Assembly (NCBI GenBank): GCA_918797485.1 | Contig: CAKKNE010000005.1 | Location: 4,464,001 to 4,528,000, forward strand | DNA length: 64,000 bases | Direction: 5' to 3' | Source: Pelagomonas calceolata | Taxonomy: Eukaryota | In this document: positions 11,801 through 22,916 of the stretch, piece after piece | Position numbering within the stretch: the first letter of the stretch is position 1 | Layout: every line of letters starts with the position of its first letter | Translations under genes and position numbers: made by a program | The notes under the pieces: model-generated | The model's database searches: none | The model's input: the letters and a program-made list of their open reading frames with translations, nothing else | What the model was told of the DNA's origin: nothing

Positions 11801-13674
11801 CGGCCATGGAGGCCGGCCGCAAGCCGCTGTCGGGCAACGGCCTCACGCTCTACTTGGTGTGGACGGCGGTCTTTTGTGTGCAGACGGCCATCGCCATCTC
11901 GTTCCAGAACCTCGGGGCGCTACGAGCCTCGCGGACGATCCACGAAAAACTATCGTGGGCCGTGCTGCGCAACCCCGTCGCCTGGTTCGACGCCTCGCCG
12001 GTGGGCCGCGTGCAGAACCGCTTCGCGACGGACATCCAGGCCGTCGATAGGTCCGTGGCGATGACGACCATGTTCTTGATCCGCTCGTTGGTCGCGCCCT
12101 GCGTATCGCTCTTCGCCATCGGCCGCCAGGTGCCGTGGCTGCTGCCGTGCTTCATTCCCGTCCTGGCGGTCGCGTTCAACGTCGCGAGGAACTACCTCCT
12201 GCTCGCGCGCGACCTCAAACGCATCGACTCGACCACGAAGTCGCCCGTCTACGCGCTGTTCAACGAGTCGCTGAACGGGCTCCAGACGCTTCGGTCCTTC
12301 GACGGCGCCTTCGGACGCTTCGCGCAGCGCTTTGCTGGATTGGTTGACAGAACAAATTCGGCGGAACTGCACCTCGCGGCGCTGTCCTACTGGCTCTCCG
12401 TGCGCCTCAACGCGTTGGGGTCGACGGTGGCCGGCAGCACGGCCCTGGCGTTGTATGCTCAGTCGCTGGCCAACGAGGACAAGTTATCTCCGCCCGAAGC
12501 TGGTTTAGTCTTGACCTACGCGGTTTCCTTTACGGCGGCGATCATCGGGCTGATGCGGACCTACACCGAACTCGAGCTGTCGATGAACGCCGTCGAGCGC
12601 ATCGCCGTACTGTTCTGCGTCCTTTGACAACTTGCGCGCGTCGACTCGCTGCGATGGCGTACCGGTGGAGAAGACGCCATCCCCCCCTCGCCATCGACGC
12701 GACCTTCACGGCGAATTCACGCGCAGGAGTACCTCGATCTCCCTCCCGAGCCGCCGCTAGAGCTCGAGAGTGACGCGGCGGGCTGGCTGCGGGAAAGACC
12801 GGCGGCGGTCGAGTTCCGCGACGTCGTCCTGAGCTACCCGCGGCAGCCCGAACCGGCCCTGCGCGGCCTCACGTTGACGATCGAGGCCGGATCGAGCGTC
12901 GGCGTCGTGGGCCGTACCGGCGCCGGCAAGTCGACGCTCGTGCAGACAATTCTACGCCTGTACCCAGTGCAGAGCGGCGCCGTTCTAGTGGACGGCGTCG
13001 ACGTGGCGAGCGTCGGGCTGAAGACGCTGCGCGGGCGCGTGGCCATCGTGCCGCAAGCGCCTACCCTGTTCGCCGGGACGATTCGCTTCAACCTCGACAT
13101 GTTCGGGGAGCGCACGGACGAGGAGCTCGAGGCGGCGCTGGAGCTGGCGCGCGGGGGCGGCCTCGCGCCGTCGGGCTCGCTCACATCCCTGGCTTCACTA
13201 TCAGACGGGGCGACCGAAGTTGCCGGCGACGTGCCGGCCAATCGTGTCGCTTCATTGGCCTTGGATTTCGAGCTCAGTGAGTTTGGGGCCAATTTATCGG
13301 TCGGTGAAAGGCAATTACTATGTCTTGCGCGTGCGATCGCGCGGAAGTCTAGGCTCGTGCTCATGGACGAGGCGACGGCGAACGTCGACCAGAAGACGGA
13401 TCGCCTCGTGCAGCGCGTGCTCAACGGCGGCGCCCTGGGCGGCGCTACTAGGATTACGATCGCGCACCGGCTAGGGACGATCGCGGCCTGCGATGCCGTG
13501 GCGGTCCTCGACGACGGCAAGCTCCGCGAGTACGCGGCACCGTCGACATTGCTCGCTGACGCCGACTCCAGCTTCTCGGCGCTATGCGACGCCGCGGGCT
13601 CGCGCCAGTCGCTCATAGAGGCCGCGAGACGCGCGGACGAGCGCCGCGCGAACGGAGGGGCTCCTGTTGTGTGA
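8874..13674 (+). CDS. ABCC/MRP full-size transporter, 3 exons (8874-9561, 9659-12606, 12727-13674)
   Basis: Two TMD-NBD halves (GVTGGGKSS, LSGGQQAR, LLDDPLSAVD; GRTGAGKS, LSVGERQ, LMDEATANVD); the two introns restore the frame (DEN-L-AVEDLP; VERIA-EYLDLP). Confidence 0.92.
9562..9658 (+). mobile_element. GT-AG intron carrying 15-bp terminal inverted repeats (introner-like)
   Basis: CTGTGTGGAAATCAA (9570-9584) and TTGATTTCCACACAG (9644-9658); the right TIR supplies the AG; removal joins the two ABCC frames. Confidence 0.8.
12607..12726 (+). other. Spliceosomal GT-AG intron (120 nt) in ABCC gene
   Basis: GTACTG...CGCGCAG, phase 0; removes an in-frame stop and yields the conserved VERI-x-EY. 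Confidence 0.85.
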
Positions 13675-13690
13675 TAAGTCTATTCACTAT

Positions 13691-16600
13691 TCACTTTTTA
13701 CTCCTACCGAAGAATTTCTTTTTGGGCGCTTTCTCGACGGGCTTGATATAATCGTGGCCCGCCCGAGCCTCGGCCAGCTGGGCCCGAACGCTTGCGAGCT
13801 CCTCCTCGAGCTGGGACGCCTGGGCCAACTGAAGCTTGACCGCGACGAGTTCGTCCAACAAATCCTGGTCCGGCGGTGGCGCGTCGCGCTGGGCGGCCCG
13901 GTCGCTCTGGAGGCGTGCCTGGAGTTTCCCGGCCCGGCCCTGCGCCGCGAGGCAGTCCGCCGCCAGCGCCGCGCTCGCCGCGTCGGCGGCCGCGGCCGCG
14001 TCGAGCGCCTGGGCCGCCTTCCCGTCGGCGATGCGCACGCGCCGCTCCGCGACGCCGACGGACCGCGCCGCGCGCGAGATGGCGAGGGCCGAGGCGACGT
14101 CGAGGCCCGGACCCTTCGATGGCGCGGCTTCCTTGAGCATGTCGCATTCCCGTCGCACCGCCGCGAGCTTGTCCTCGAGGTCGCGCACGGTGGCGCCGGT
14201 CCGCTCCGGTGCATTCAACTCGTCATGCTGCGCCTTCCACGCGTCCCGCTCTTTCGCCAGCGCGGCCTCGGCGGCCGACGCGGAAGCGACGGTCGTCTCG
14301 AGTTCCGCGACGCGCTGGCGCAGCCTGGCCGCGTCCGCCGCGCCCGCGTCCGTCCGCCGCTTCCAGGCGTCGCGCTCCGCTTCGATTGACGCTTTCGAAG
14401 CCCGCAGTTCGTCGAGCTCCCGGGAGTCCGCCTCCGACGCTTTAGCCGCCCCGCCGCCGCGCCGCGCCCGCAGCCCATCCATCTCGGATGTCAGAGACGA
14501 GCAGCGCCGCTTCCAGGCGTCTCTTTCACTTTCGAGCTTCGCTTGGATCGCGTCGCTCGACGCAAGGAGCTCGTCGTGCTTCGCCCGCCACATCCCCGAC
14601 TCCGCGGCTTGCTTCGCCTCGGCGCTCCTGCGCCGCGCCGAGCCCCGCTCGTTGGCCGCGACGAGCTCGGCATTCAGGGCCTGCGACGCAACCAATGCCT
14701 CGTGCTTCCGCTTCCACAGTTGTATTTCCTCCCGTAACGCCTTCTCGCCCTCGCTCGCCTTCTTCACGACCTGTACTCTGGACTTCAGGTCGTGGCAGGC
14801 GCGCTTCCACCGGTCCGCTTCGGACCTGGCAACGTCGACGTCGCGCGTCAACGAATTTTTAACATCGGAGAAGCGCCGCTTCCAGAGCGCCGCGTCCTTC
14901 TTGAAGGCCTCCACGTCACCCGCCGCGCGCTGGATCGCGGCGGGCGCCCAGGGCCGCCGCCACGCTAAAGCAGCGAGATTTTCCAACAAACGCTGGCGTT
15001 CCTCTTCGCAGCGGCGCGCGGCGTCCCGTCTCGCGTCGACGGCGCGCTGGACCTCCGCCTTTCGCTTTCGATTGACCTCGGCGACGCGCTCGGCGCGTTC
15101 CGTCTCGCACGCTTCCACCACTCTCTGACGTATACGAGGCAGCTCCCTCCGATACGCCTCGTCCGCCCTCACGAGCAGCTCGACGCGCCTCGCGCGCTCC
15201 GCCTCGGCCGACCCGCAGACCAACGCTATCGACCGGGCGCGCTCCGCTACCATATCGACGCGCGCGGCTCTTTCTTCAACGTCGCGCCGCGCGTGCCACG
15301 CCTCTACTTCGGCATCCTTGGCCGCCCTCGCGAAGGCGATGGCGGACCGGCGGTGCGACAGCTGCTCGGCCGCGGCCTCGATTCTCAGAGCGGCCCGCTC
15401 GTCCACTCTCCTACTTCGTTCCGCCTCGGCCAGCGCCACCACTGTCGTAATATTTTCGATGCGTCGCTCCAAGAACGCCGCGGCCTCCTCGGCTCGCGCG
15501 TCTTCATCAATGCGCACCCTTCGGATCCGTTCCAGTTCGCAGGCGGCCGTGGCCGCGTGGCGCGCCGCTATCCTTCGTTCCTTCTCGTTCCGCAAACGCG
15601 CCACGGCGAGGCGGTCCCGCGTCCGTCTAGCGGCTTCGGCGGAGGCTAACAATCTACGAGCTTCCCTTTTTTCAGCGGCGCGCTGCTCCGCCGCATTCAC
15701 TAATAAAGTTTCGGCAGCTAAGGCTGCAGCGTCGGCAGCGCGCGCGCGGTCCTCCCTTAAAGCTCGTTCCGCTGCGAAGCGCCGCCTCAGATCTTCACTG
15801 CGCCGATTCAGTAAATCGGCATCATCTTTCTCGCGCTTCTTCACGCCCTCGCGAATGTCGTCGTCGTCCTCCCAATTAATCGCCCTATCCAAATCTTCAT
15901 CAAATTCATCACCCGCGGCATCGAGCTCGGACTGGTGGGGCGTCGCCGGCTTCGACGGCGAGTGCACAAATTTAGGCGGCTTGGAAGCGCGCAGTGCTGC
16001 TGATGATCTTTTAGGTGAGGCGATGCGCGTCCGCAGCTTCTCTAATGCCCGATTCGGCGACTGGGGAGGCGTCTCGGACGGTTCCTCTTCATCCTCGTCC
16101 CAGAAGTCGTCCTTGCCCGATGCCAGCAGTCTTCCAATGACCTCCAAATCGTCCTCCCCACCCTTTTTGTCTGTGAGATTGTTCCCGTACCTTTGCAGAA
16201 CCTGCTCGAGGTCCCTTCTCACGCGTACCAACTCCCTCCTGAAATCGGTATTGGCCGCGCCATCAAAAATGCGCTGCCTTCGTAGAGTTTTAAGCTGGCT
16301 ACGGAGATTAGATAACAACGCAACACCACCGGCCGCGTCGTTCGCCTCGTCCACGCAAGCCTGCGCTATCGCAGCGCACCGTCCCGAACTCGCGGCACAG
16401 GCATCCGCAGCTGAGCGCGCGCGCGCCGCCCTTCGAGCGTCGCGCTCCCTTTGTATAGCTCGCGTCTCGTCGGCCTCGGCGCGCTGTCGTAACAAAGACG
16501 CGCGCTTCGTGGCCTCCTCGCGCGCCTTCGCCTCTCTCTGCAACCGCTTCGCCTCCAGTGCTTTCTTGACCGCTTCGGCATCCTCCTCGCGATCCTCCGT

Positions 16601-17362
16601 CGCGTTCCAGGCTCGACTCCGCTCCACCGGCGGCACGGGTGGAGGCTCGTCTTCCCCACCGAAGAAGGCCTCCTCCATGAACGACTCCGTCGGTGACTTT
16701 GGAGCTTCTTGTAGTCGTCGTTCCGCTCGCCTCTGTTTCCGCTCCAGCTCCCGAGCTTTCGCCGTTTCTCGTTCCGCGGCCACGGCCGCGGCGTGCGCCG
16801 CCTCCCGCTGCGGTCCTAAAGCGAACACGAGCGTCAACGGTCTCTCTTCATGATCTAATCTTTTGAGCAGGTCGTCGAACGCATCCACCGTAGGGTCGAC
16901 GACCGGCTCTAGTCCTTCACTCCCGACGATGCCCACCAGTTCGTCCGTCGGCGCGAGCATCCTCCTGGCCACACCTAGCGGTCTAGTCGTCTCGACGACC
17001 ACGAACCGCCTCCCCAGTTCGTTGTGCTTGCCATCGACACTGTCGAAGCGCGCGAGCACGAAGGACACGCCTAGATCCTTTTCCTCAAATACGACATCTC
17101 GTATCCGACCCGCCCGTCGTAATTCAGACAAAGCTCGTAGAGCGTCACTCCGTAGTGCATCATTATGTTTACTTTCCAGTTCTCTGATCGATGTTTGGGC
17201 CCTCGACAGGTCGTCGCAATTGCTCAAGACCTCGGCCGTCGCGTCCCGCAGTAAACGTCGTCGCGACCGCACGCATCTGGTGAGAGCGGCGTTCGGGTCC
17301 TGTAAAGCGGCTCTTTGATGAGGCTGCGCCGCCATGCGCTCGCCCCGGTGCGAAACGACCAT
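13691..17362 (-). CDS. Large coiled-coil protein with N-terminal PDZ-like segment
   Basis: About 1220-codon open frame rich in A/E/R; VVFEEKDLGVSF...RPLTLVF resembles PDZ; start at 17362 or 17335. Confidence 0.75.
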   Translation of the reverse strand: MVVSHRGERMAAQPHQRAALQDPNAALTRCVRSRRRLLRDATAEVLSNCDDLSRAQTSIRELESKHNDALRSDALRALSELRRAGRIRDVVFEEKDLGVSFVLARFDSVDGKHNELGRRFVVVETTRPLGVARRMLAPTDELVGIVGSEGLEPVVDPTVDAFDDLLKRLDHEERPLTLVFALGPQREAAHAAAVAAERETAKARELERKQRRAERRLQEAPKSPTESFMEEAFFGGEDEPPPVPPVERSRAWNATEDREEDAEAVKKALEAKRLQREAKAREEATKRASLLRQRAEADETRAIQRERDARRAARARSAADACAASSGRCAAIAQACVDEANDAAGGVALLSNLRSQLKTLRRQRIFDGAANTDFRRELVRVRRDLEQVLQRYGNNLTDKKGGEDDLEVIGRLLASGKDDFWDEDEEEPSETPPQSPNRALEKLRTRIASPKRSSAALRASKPPKFVHSPSKPATPHQSELDAAGDEFDEDLDRAINWEDDDDIREGVKKREKDDADLLNRRSEDLRRRFAAERALREDRARAADAAALAAETLLVNAAEQRAAEKREARRLLASAEAARRTRDRLAVARLRNEKERRIAARHAATAACELERIRRVRIDEDARAEEAAAFLERRIENITTVVALAEAERSRRVDERAALRIEAAAEQLSHRRSAIAFARAAKDAEVEAWHARRDVEERAARVDMVAERARSIALVCGSAEAERARRVELLVRADEAYRRELPRIRQRVVEACETERAERVAEVNRKRKAEVQRAVDARRDAARRCEEERQRLLENLAALAWRRPWAPAAIQRAAGDVEAFKKDAALWKRRFSDVKNSLTRDVDVARSEADRWKRACHDLKSRVQVVKKASEGEKALREEIQLWKRKHEALVASQALNAELVAANERGSARRRSAEAKQAAESGMWRAKHDELLASSDAIQAKLESERDAWKRRCSSLTSEMDGLRARRGGGAAKASEADSRELDELRASKASIEAERDAWKRRTDAGAADAARLRQRVAELETTVASASAAEAALAKERDAWKAQHDELNAPERTGATVRDLEDKLAAVRRECDMLKEAAPSKGPGLDVASALAISRAARSVGVAERRVRIADGKAAQALDAAAAADAASAALAADCLAAQGRAGKLQARLQSDRAAQRDAPPPDQDLLDELVAVKLQLAQASQLEEELASVRAQLAEARAGHDYIKPVEKAPKKKFFGRSKK

Positions 17363-17873
17363 CGCCGGGGCAGCGTTTTTTTCGTGCTGTGTCCTACGGG
17401 GCTGTGTAGCTCGAGCTGAGCGCACACAAGCTGGGGGCAGCCCTACCTCTTTCGCGGCAGCACTGCTTGGCGTGGTCGCGGCGGCTATACGAGCCTCATG
17501 ATGCGGCCGGCGACCGCGCGTGGCGCGTGAAATCCGCCGCAACAGGCTGTGTCGATGCCAATTTTGCCTGGAACCGGGTTTTATGGTTTTATGGTGCCCG
17601 CACCCGCATCGCCAGTCGTCGCCGCACCCTTCCGGCGCCACTCCGTAGCTCTCGGGCCCAAACCCAAACACCACGCGGTTTAAACCCGATTTAAACCCCA
17701 TTTAATTGCCATTCCAAGCCAGCCGGCAATCCCCAGCGCTCCGCGACCGCCCCGCCGAGGGGGCAGCGCTCAGCGGACGCCTCGCCGCCGCGCGCACCGG
17801 TCGCTGTCAAAAGCCGGCAGCCCTTCGACGCGCGGGGGACCCCAGCCCCAGAGATCCCAGGCGCCGCACCACC

Positions 17874-20249
17874 ATGGGCGCCGCCACGTCCACCGAAAAT
17901 GCGCAACCGAGCGAGTCCGCACCGTCCTACTGGTCCATCATGCGCCAGGGTTATGAGGAGCTGGTCAACGCGATCATCCGGCCGCCGCGCGCCGACTACG
18001 ACCCCGCGAGGCTCGGGCCGACGGAGTTCGAGTTTTGTGGGAGAAGTTACAGGAGGGAGGACCTTGTGCTGAGGAACGCGCGGGGTTTGGCCCTACAGTG
18101 CTCGCACTGGGCGCCTCTTAACTCAAAAGGTGAGCCATGTGTTGTGTTCTTACATGGCAACTCCTCCGCACGGTTGGAAGGTTTGAACCAACTTTCAGTG
18201 TGTTTAGGATTCGGCCTCACGCTCTTCGCCTTCGACTGCGCCGGATCCGGTCGATCGGAAGGCGACTACGTGTCGCTGGGCTATTGGGAGAAGGACGACC
18301 TCAAAACCGTAGTCGATCATTTGAGGAGACATGGGGTCAAGAAGATCGGCGTGTGGGGTCGAAGCATGGGCGCCGTCACCGCTTTACTCCATCAAGCTAG
18401 GGAAGCGTCGCAAAAAACTACACCTTTGTGGGGTGAAGCACCACCTCCCATAAAACATACGACGAACGCCATGGTTTTGGATTCGCCCTTCGCGGACTTC
18501 TGCCAGCTGGCCGAGGAGCTCGTGGCCAAAGGTAGAGAAAGGGGCGTCGTCGTACCTACGGTAGTTACGAGACTAGCTTTGTCCATGCTCGGTACCTCAG
18601 TACAATCCCAAGCAGGCTTCGACATCAGGGACCTATCCGCCATAAGGGAAGTGCCGCGCTGTAGACTACCGGCCCTATTTGTGTGCGCGAAAATGGACGA
18701 TTTTATTGGTACCCATCATACCCAAGCCTTGCACGACGCGTACGGGGGCCCGAAGGAGATCATTGTCGCGGAGGGCGATCACAACACCCTACGTTCGGCA
18801 AAGTCGTTGCTAGCCATCGGGTCGTTCCTGAAAAAAGAATTAGCACCGGACTCCACCAGAGACGCGGGCGAGGCCGTCGACGCTTTTGGAAGTCTGCCGT
18901 GGAGGAGGGGCAGGCAGATCCGGGACGTGGGGTACGGTCCCGACGCGGTGGATGCTTTACGTTCGAAGATCGACGGGACGCTAGGCGGCCAGAAGGAGTC
19001 GAGGCAGTGGTGTTTGGATCAAGCCCACTACTACTGCAATCGGGGGAATACGTTGGAGGAGTCAGGTAAAGTAGAAGCCGCTATAAGGGCGTATAGAGCG
19101 GCGATCACGTATCACGCGGCTTATCCGGATGCGCACTACAACCTCGGCATTGCGTTGAAGAACCGGGGTTATGTCGAGGAGGCCATTCGCGAATACCGAC
19201 GGACGATAGAGATCAAGCCGACGCACGCCGACGCCCACAATAACCTCGGTGTTGCGTTAGAAGAGACGAATCGGGTGGACGAAGCGATCCTAGCGTACGA
19301 GCAGGCTATACTACATAACCCGGACCACTCCGAGGCGCACTGCAACTTGGCTGATTCCTTGCAATCCGTGGGGCGGTTGGATGAGGCCGTCGCGGAGTAC
19401 CACGTGGCCATCGCGAGGCATCCCGGCGACGCCGATACGATAAATAACTTGGGGGTCGCCTTGGAGGCGCAAGGGCGGTTGCAGGAAGCCATTTTAGCGT
19501 ACGGTACGGCCGTAGCAAACCGCCCGGAGCACTGGGACGCGCAGTGCAACCTGGCCGACGCGTTACATCTGAGAGGCGATCTCGCGAAGGCCGCGGAAGT
19601 CTACCGGTTCATTCTGAAATTCGACCCGACGAACGCGCAGATCGCCGCTTCTCTCGGAAATGTGTTACATGCTCGAGGCGAGACGAAGGGCGCGTTAGAG
19701 GCGTACGAGGTCGCGGTGCGGGCGAACCCCAGAGATACCATAACCCACAACAACATGGGTATCGTATTGCAGACGCTCGGGCATGTTTCCAGAGCCGTCG
19801 AGGCGTATGGGGTCGCGCTGAAGGTCGATCCGACGTACGCCATCGCGCACTACAATCTGGGCGTGGCCTTGCAGTCGCAGCAGCGGTTGGACGAAGCAAT
19901 CAACTCATATGAAACAGCAGTAAAACATCGGCCCCACTACGCCGACGCCTACAACAACATGGGGTATGCGCTACAATCAAAAGGCGACTACCAGGCTGCC
20001 ATAAAGGCGTACGAGGAGGCCGTGCGGCTGCGGCCGGACTTCGCGTCGGCTCGCGCCAATTTGAGACATGCGAAGCGGAAGCTCGAGGGCGGCGGCGCGA
20101 AGAGCGTGGTCATCGAGGTGAGCGAGGACAACGGCGCCGCGGCGCCGGCGCCCGCGGCGCCCGCGCGGCCCGTGAAGCCGCCTCTTCCCAAACAGAAGAG
20201 CCTCTTCAATTCGATGTTCGGGAGTTCCGGGTCATCGTCATGGTATTAG
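17874..20249 (+). CDS. Alpha/beta hydrolase fused to about 10 TPR repeats
   Basis: HGNSS, FDCAGSGRSEG, nucleophile WGRSMG, DDFI, GDHN; ten NLG/NMG-type 34-aa TPR units; N-terminal MGAATS. Confidence 0.9.
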   Translation: MGAATSTENAQPSESAPSYWSIMRQGYEELVNAIIRPPRADYDPARLGPTEFEFCGRSYRREDLVLRNARGLALQCSHWAPLNSKGEPCVVFLHGNSSARLEGLNQLSVCLGFGLTLFAFDCAGSGRSEGDYVSLGYWEKDDLKTVVDHLRRHGVKKIGVWGRSMGAVTALLHQAREASQKTTPLWGEAPPPIKHTTNAMVLDSPFADFCQLAEELVAKGRERGVVVPTVVTRLALSMLGTSVQSQAGFDIRDLSAIREVPRCRLPALFVCAKMDDFIGTHHTQALHDAYGGPKEIIVAEGDHNTLRSAKSLLAIGSFLKKELAPDSTRDAGEAVDAFGSLPWRRGRQIRDVGYGPDAVDALRSKIDGTLGGQKESRQWCLDQAHYYCNRGNTLEESGKVEAAIRAYRAAITYHAAYPDAHYNLGIALKNRGYVEEAIREYRRTIEIKPTHADAHNNLGVALEETNRVDEAILAYEQAILHNPDHSEAHCNLADSLQSVGRLDEAVAEYHVAIARHPGDADTINNLGVALEAQGRLQEAILAYGTAVANRPEHWDAQCNLADALHLRGDLAKAAEVYRFILKFDPTNAQIAASLGNVLHARGETKGALEAYEVAVRANPRDTITHNNMGIVLQTLGHVSRAVEAYGVALKVDPTYAIAHYNLGVALQSQQRLDEAINSYETAVKHRPHYADAYNNMGYALQSKGDYQAAIKAYEEAVRLRPDFASARANLRHAKRKLEGGGAKSVVIEVSEDNGAAAPAPAAPARPVKPPLPKQKSLFNSMFGSSGSSSWY

Positions 20250-20276
20250 TTTTATTTCTTACACTTAGTCACACAA

Positions 20277-21194
20277 CTAGCCGACCAGGAACGACGCGAC
20301 GTGGCGCGCGAGGTGCGGCTCGTCGACGAGGCCGTAGCGCGCCCCGCCGACGTCATTGCGCCTCGCGACGAGGCGCCCGAACAAGCCGCGTCGGCGCGGG
20401 GCGGGCCGCGGCGCGCACGGACCGATCACGCAGAGGCGGATGCGGAGCAGGAAGTAGGAGAAGAGGTAGCAGTCGAAGAGCGCGTTCATTGCAGGGTCTC
20501 CAAGCTTTCGCACGCGTTGCAGCGGCGTCGCGCAGGATGAAAAATCAGTCGGGCTCCTCCAACGTAATTTTCTCCAACTTCTATTTTGTGAAGGCACCCA
20601 GTCAAAGTCAGCACCGTGCGTCAGCAGCATGCGGGCCATGTCTACGAATCTTTGGCGCTCATCGAGATTATGGGCCCCATGATAATACTTTTGAGATTCA
20701 ACCGCGACCACAAGCGGTGACCAACCACTGTGGTCCGGCATGTCGACGGCAGCGCCCCTCTCTAATAACGTCCTGACGCAGTCAGCACAACACGTGGAGA
20801 GTCCACTGGAGACAGCCGCCAGAAGTGGCGTCGAGCCGTTGGTGCTCCGGTGGTTGAGATCGCTGTCCTCCAGCAGAAGGCGTCGGACGATGCGGCTGTG
20901 GCCCCATACAGAAGCTATGAAAAGCGGGGTCTGCCAGCGACCGTCGGCAATGCGAGGAGAGGCACCATGCGCCAAAAGAAGCTCCACGACCTCGAAGCGA
21001 TTATTCTCGCACGCGATGTAAAGTGGCGTCTTTGTAGCGTGCAGAGCTAGAGAGATCTCAATATTAGGGTCGAAGGATCTCCTGTCGTTAATCTGCGCAC
21101 CGCGATCGATGCACTCGCGCACAGTTTCGATGTCGCCACGCTGACAGGCTAAGCGCAGCTCCTCCGTCGAGAATTTCACCAGGACGGCGTCCAT
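20277..21194 (-). CDS. Ankyrin repeat protein
   Basis: TPLYIAC, TPLFIAS, TPLLAAV, SPLVVAV repeats. Confidence 0.85.
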   Translation of the reverse strand: MDAVLVKFSTEELRLACQRGDIETVRECIDRGAQINDRRSFDPNIEISLALHATKTPLYIACENNRFEVVELLLAHGASPRIADGRWQTPLFIASVWGHSRIVRRLLLEDSDLNHRSTNGSTPLLAAVSSGLSTCCADCVRTLLERGAAVDMPDHSGWSPLVVAVESQKYYHGAHNLDERQRFVDMARMLLTHGADFDWVPSQNRSWRKLRWRSPTDFSSCATPLQRVRKLGDPAMNALFDCYLFSYFLLRIRLCVIGPCAPRPAPRRRGLFGRLVARRNDVGGARYGLVDEPHLARHVASFLVG

Positions 21195-21382
21195 CTCTAT
21201 GGCGCTGCGCTCGTGTACGCGCTGGGGCAGCTGCTGCAAGTCACCTTTTGTGCCACAGCGATCGCGTTGGTGCGGTTTTCTGCTGTTCACGCCTTCGCGG
21301 CGTATGATTGGTGCTCTCACAGCGTCCAACCGTCAAATTCGTGGGCGGTGCCGCTCTTTTAGCATCTCAAGACTCCGGCCGG

Positions 21383-21405
21383 GCTAGCGGTTGTGAGACA
21401 CTAGC
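21383..21405 (-). promoter_or_regulatory. Bipartite intergenic motif copy
   Basis: GCTAGCGGTTGTGAGACACTAGC on +; divergent spacer. Confidence 0.6.
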
Positions 21406-21550
21406 ATTTAAGGCTGGCTTCGTCCAGGTGCGGCTAAAAACGGCACACACGCGGTTCTGCGCACACACGCGTGCCGTATCGTTGCTCCCGACGCTGGCCC
21501 TGCGCCGAAAACGATCTATTTCGCACGGCTGCGGACGCTGACCAAGCTTG

Positions 21551-22700
21551 ATGACCATGCAGTGCCAGATACTGCTCGCCCTCGCGGCCGCTGCGGCGCC
21601 AACAGCATCAGCGTTCGACCTCATGAGCGCCGTGCTCAAGTCGCCCATCTACAAAAACTTGCTCGTGCCCGCCTCGCGGAACATGATGATCAATACGGCG
21701 AAGGAGAACGGCGTGCCGTGGGCCGACGCCGTGGCCTGGATCCGCGGCGCGACGACGTGGGAGCTGGACGATGACGCCGACGTGGCCGTGCCCGCGTACT
21801 ACCGCCAGCCGTTCCACGCGTACGAGCCGGGCAACCTCTGCTGGGAGGCGGCTTGGGAGGCGGAGGTCGCGGGACGGGCTGTAGGTGCTCGAAATTACCC
21901 GGCATTTGGCGCCGACGGCGAGGAGGCGTTCCGCGGCGCCTTCGACGACGCGCTCGTCGCGGCCGGCGCGCGAACGCCGGCCGTGGGCGAGACCATTTTG
22001 GACCTCGGCTGCGCGACGGGGCACGGCACGCGGCGTTTAGCTGCAAAATTTCCCGACGCTGCATCGCTGGTCGGCGTCGACCTGAGTCCTTATATGATCT
22101 CAGTCGCGAGGCGGCTGCCAGAACTCTGCAAGGGCGACAATGCTTGGATAAACGTCGTCTCGGACGATAAACGCGTCTCGTACGCGCGCGCCGACGCCGC
22201 GGCGCTGCCTTTTGGTGATTCTTCCCAAGACTTTGTGGTGCTCTCCTTCGTCGCGCACGAGCTGCCGCCCGCGGCGACGCGCGACGTCGTGCACGAAGCT
22301 TATAGAGTCCTCAGGCCGGGCGGCCAGTTGTGGGTCACCGAGATGGCGCGTTTTGCTGAGTCTGAATTCATCCACTTGTACGCCATCGCCGCGACACCTC
22401 CCCACGCCGCAGGACTTCGAGACGGAGGGCTTCCGCAAGCTGCGCGCGTCGCCGGCGTTCGTGTTCATCCGTAGCACGGAGCCGTACCTGGACGTTTACG
22501 CGGACTTTGGCGCGGCGGGCGTGGCGGAGGCGTGCGCCGACGCGGGCTTCGGGCGGGTGGAGGCCGTGGCGGCGACGGGACGCCACTACGCGCTGGTCGC
22601 GGCCAAGGACGGCGGGCCGGCGGCGTTCGTCGACCGGCGCGAGGCGACCAAGCTGCCGGACACGCACCTCAAGACGTGGGAGAGTAAGTCCACAAGCTAG
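21551..22700 (+). CDS. Class I SAM methyltransferase (type 11), probably plastid-targeted; exons 21551-22345, 22413-22700
   Basis: ASA-F presequence; PAYYRQPFHAY, ILDLGCATG, GVDLSPYM, HELP, RVLRPGG; exon 2 contains STEPYLDVY. Confidence 0.88.
22346..22412 (+). other. GC-AG intron (67 nt)
   Basis: ATG|GCGCGT...CCGCAG|GAC restores WVTEM-DFETEGF. Confidence 0.75.
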
Positions 22701-22798
22701 CACTTTTGTGTCATGGGGAAGACTGTGTGCACCAAAATTGGGTCGAAATGCAGAGACGGGCAAGGGGGGCAAAAAAATGGCAAAAGTGGCAAAAAGAA

Positions 22799-22916
22799 AA
22801 GAGAGCGCTACCCGGGATTCCAACGTGGTCACCCACCGTAGTACTAACCGGGCTCGATAGGGCTTAACTTCGATGAGCTGACGGGTATCGGTGCTCTCCC
22901 TATGATCTGAGCGCTC
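22799..22916 (-). rRNA. 5S rRNA gene, type A
   Basis: GAGCGCTCAGATCATAGGG...GAAGTTAAGC...GGTTAGTACTACGGTGGGTGACCACG...AGCGCTC; the ends pair (helix I); followed by T-runs (Pol III terminator). Confidence 0.92.

Noticed and set aside
13836..16853. Long + strand ORFs (430 and 511 aa), and similar ones such as 31326-32357, 7448-8668 and 22931-23851
   Set aside because: Shadow frames of real genes in GC-rich DNA; S/A/R-rich with no motifs
17678..17705. GGTTTAAACCCGATTTAAACCCCATTTAA as a telomeric or regulatory repeat
   Set aside because: Only 2-3 short imperfect units, seen once
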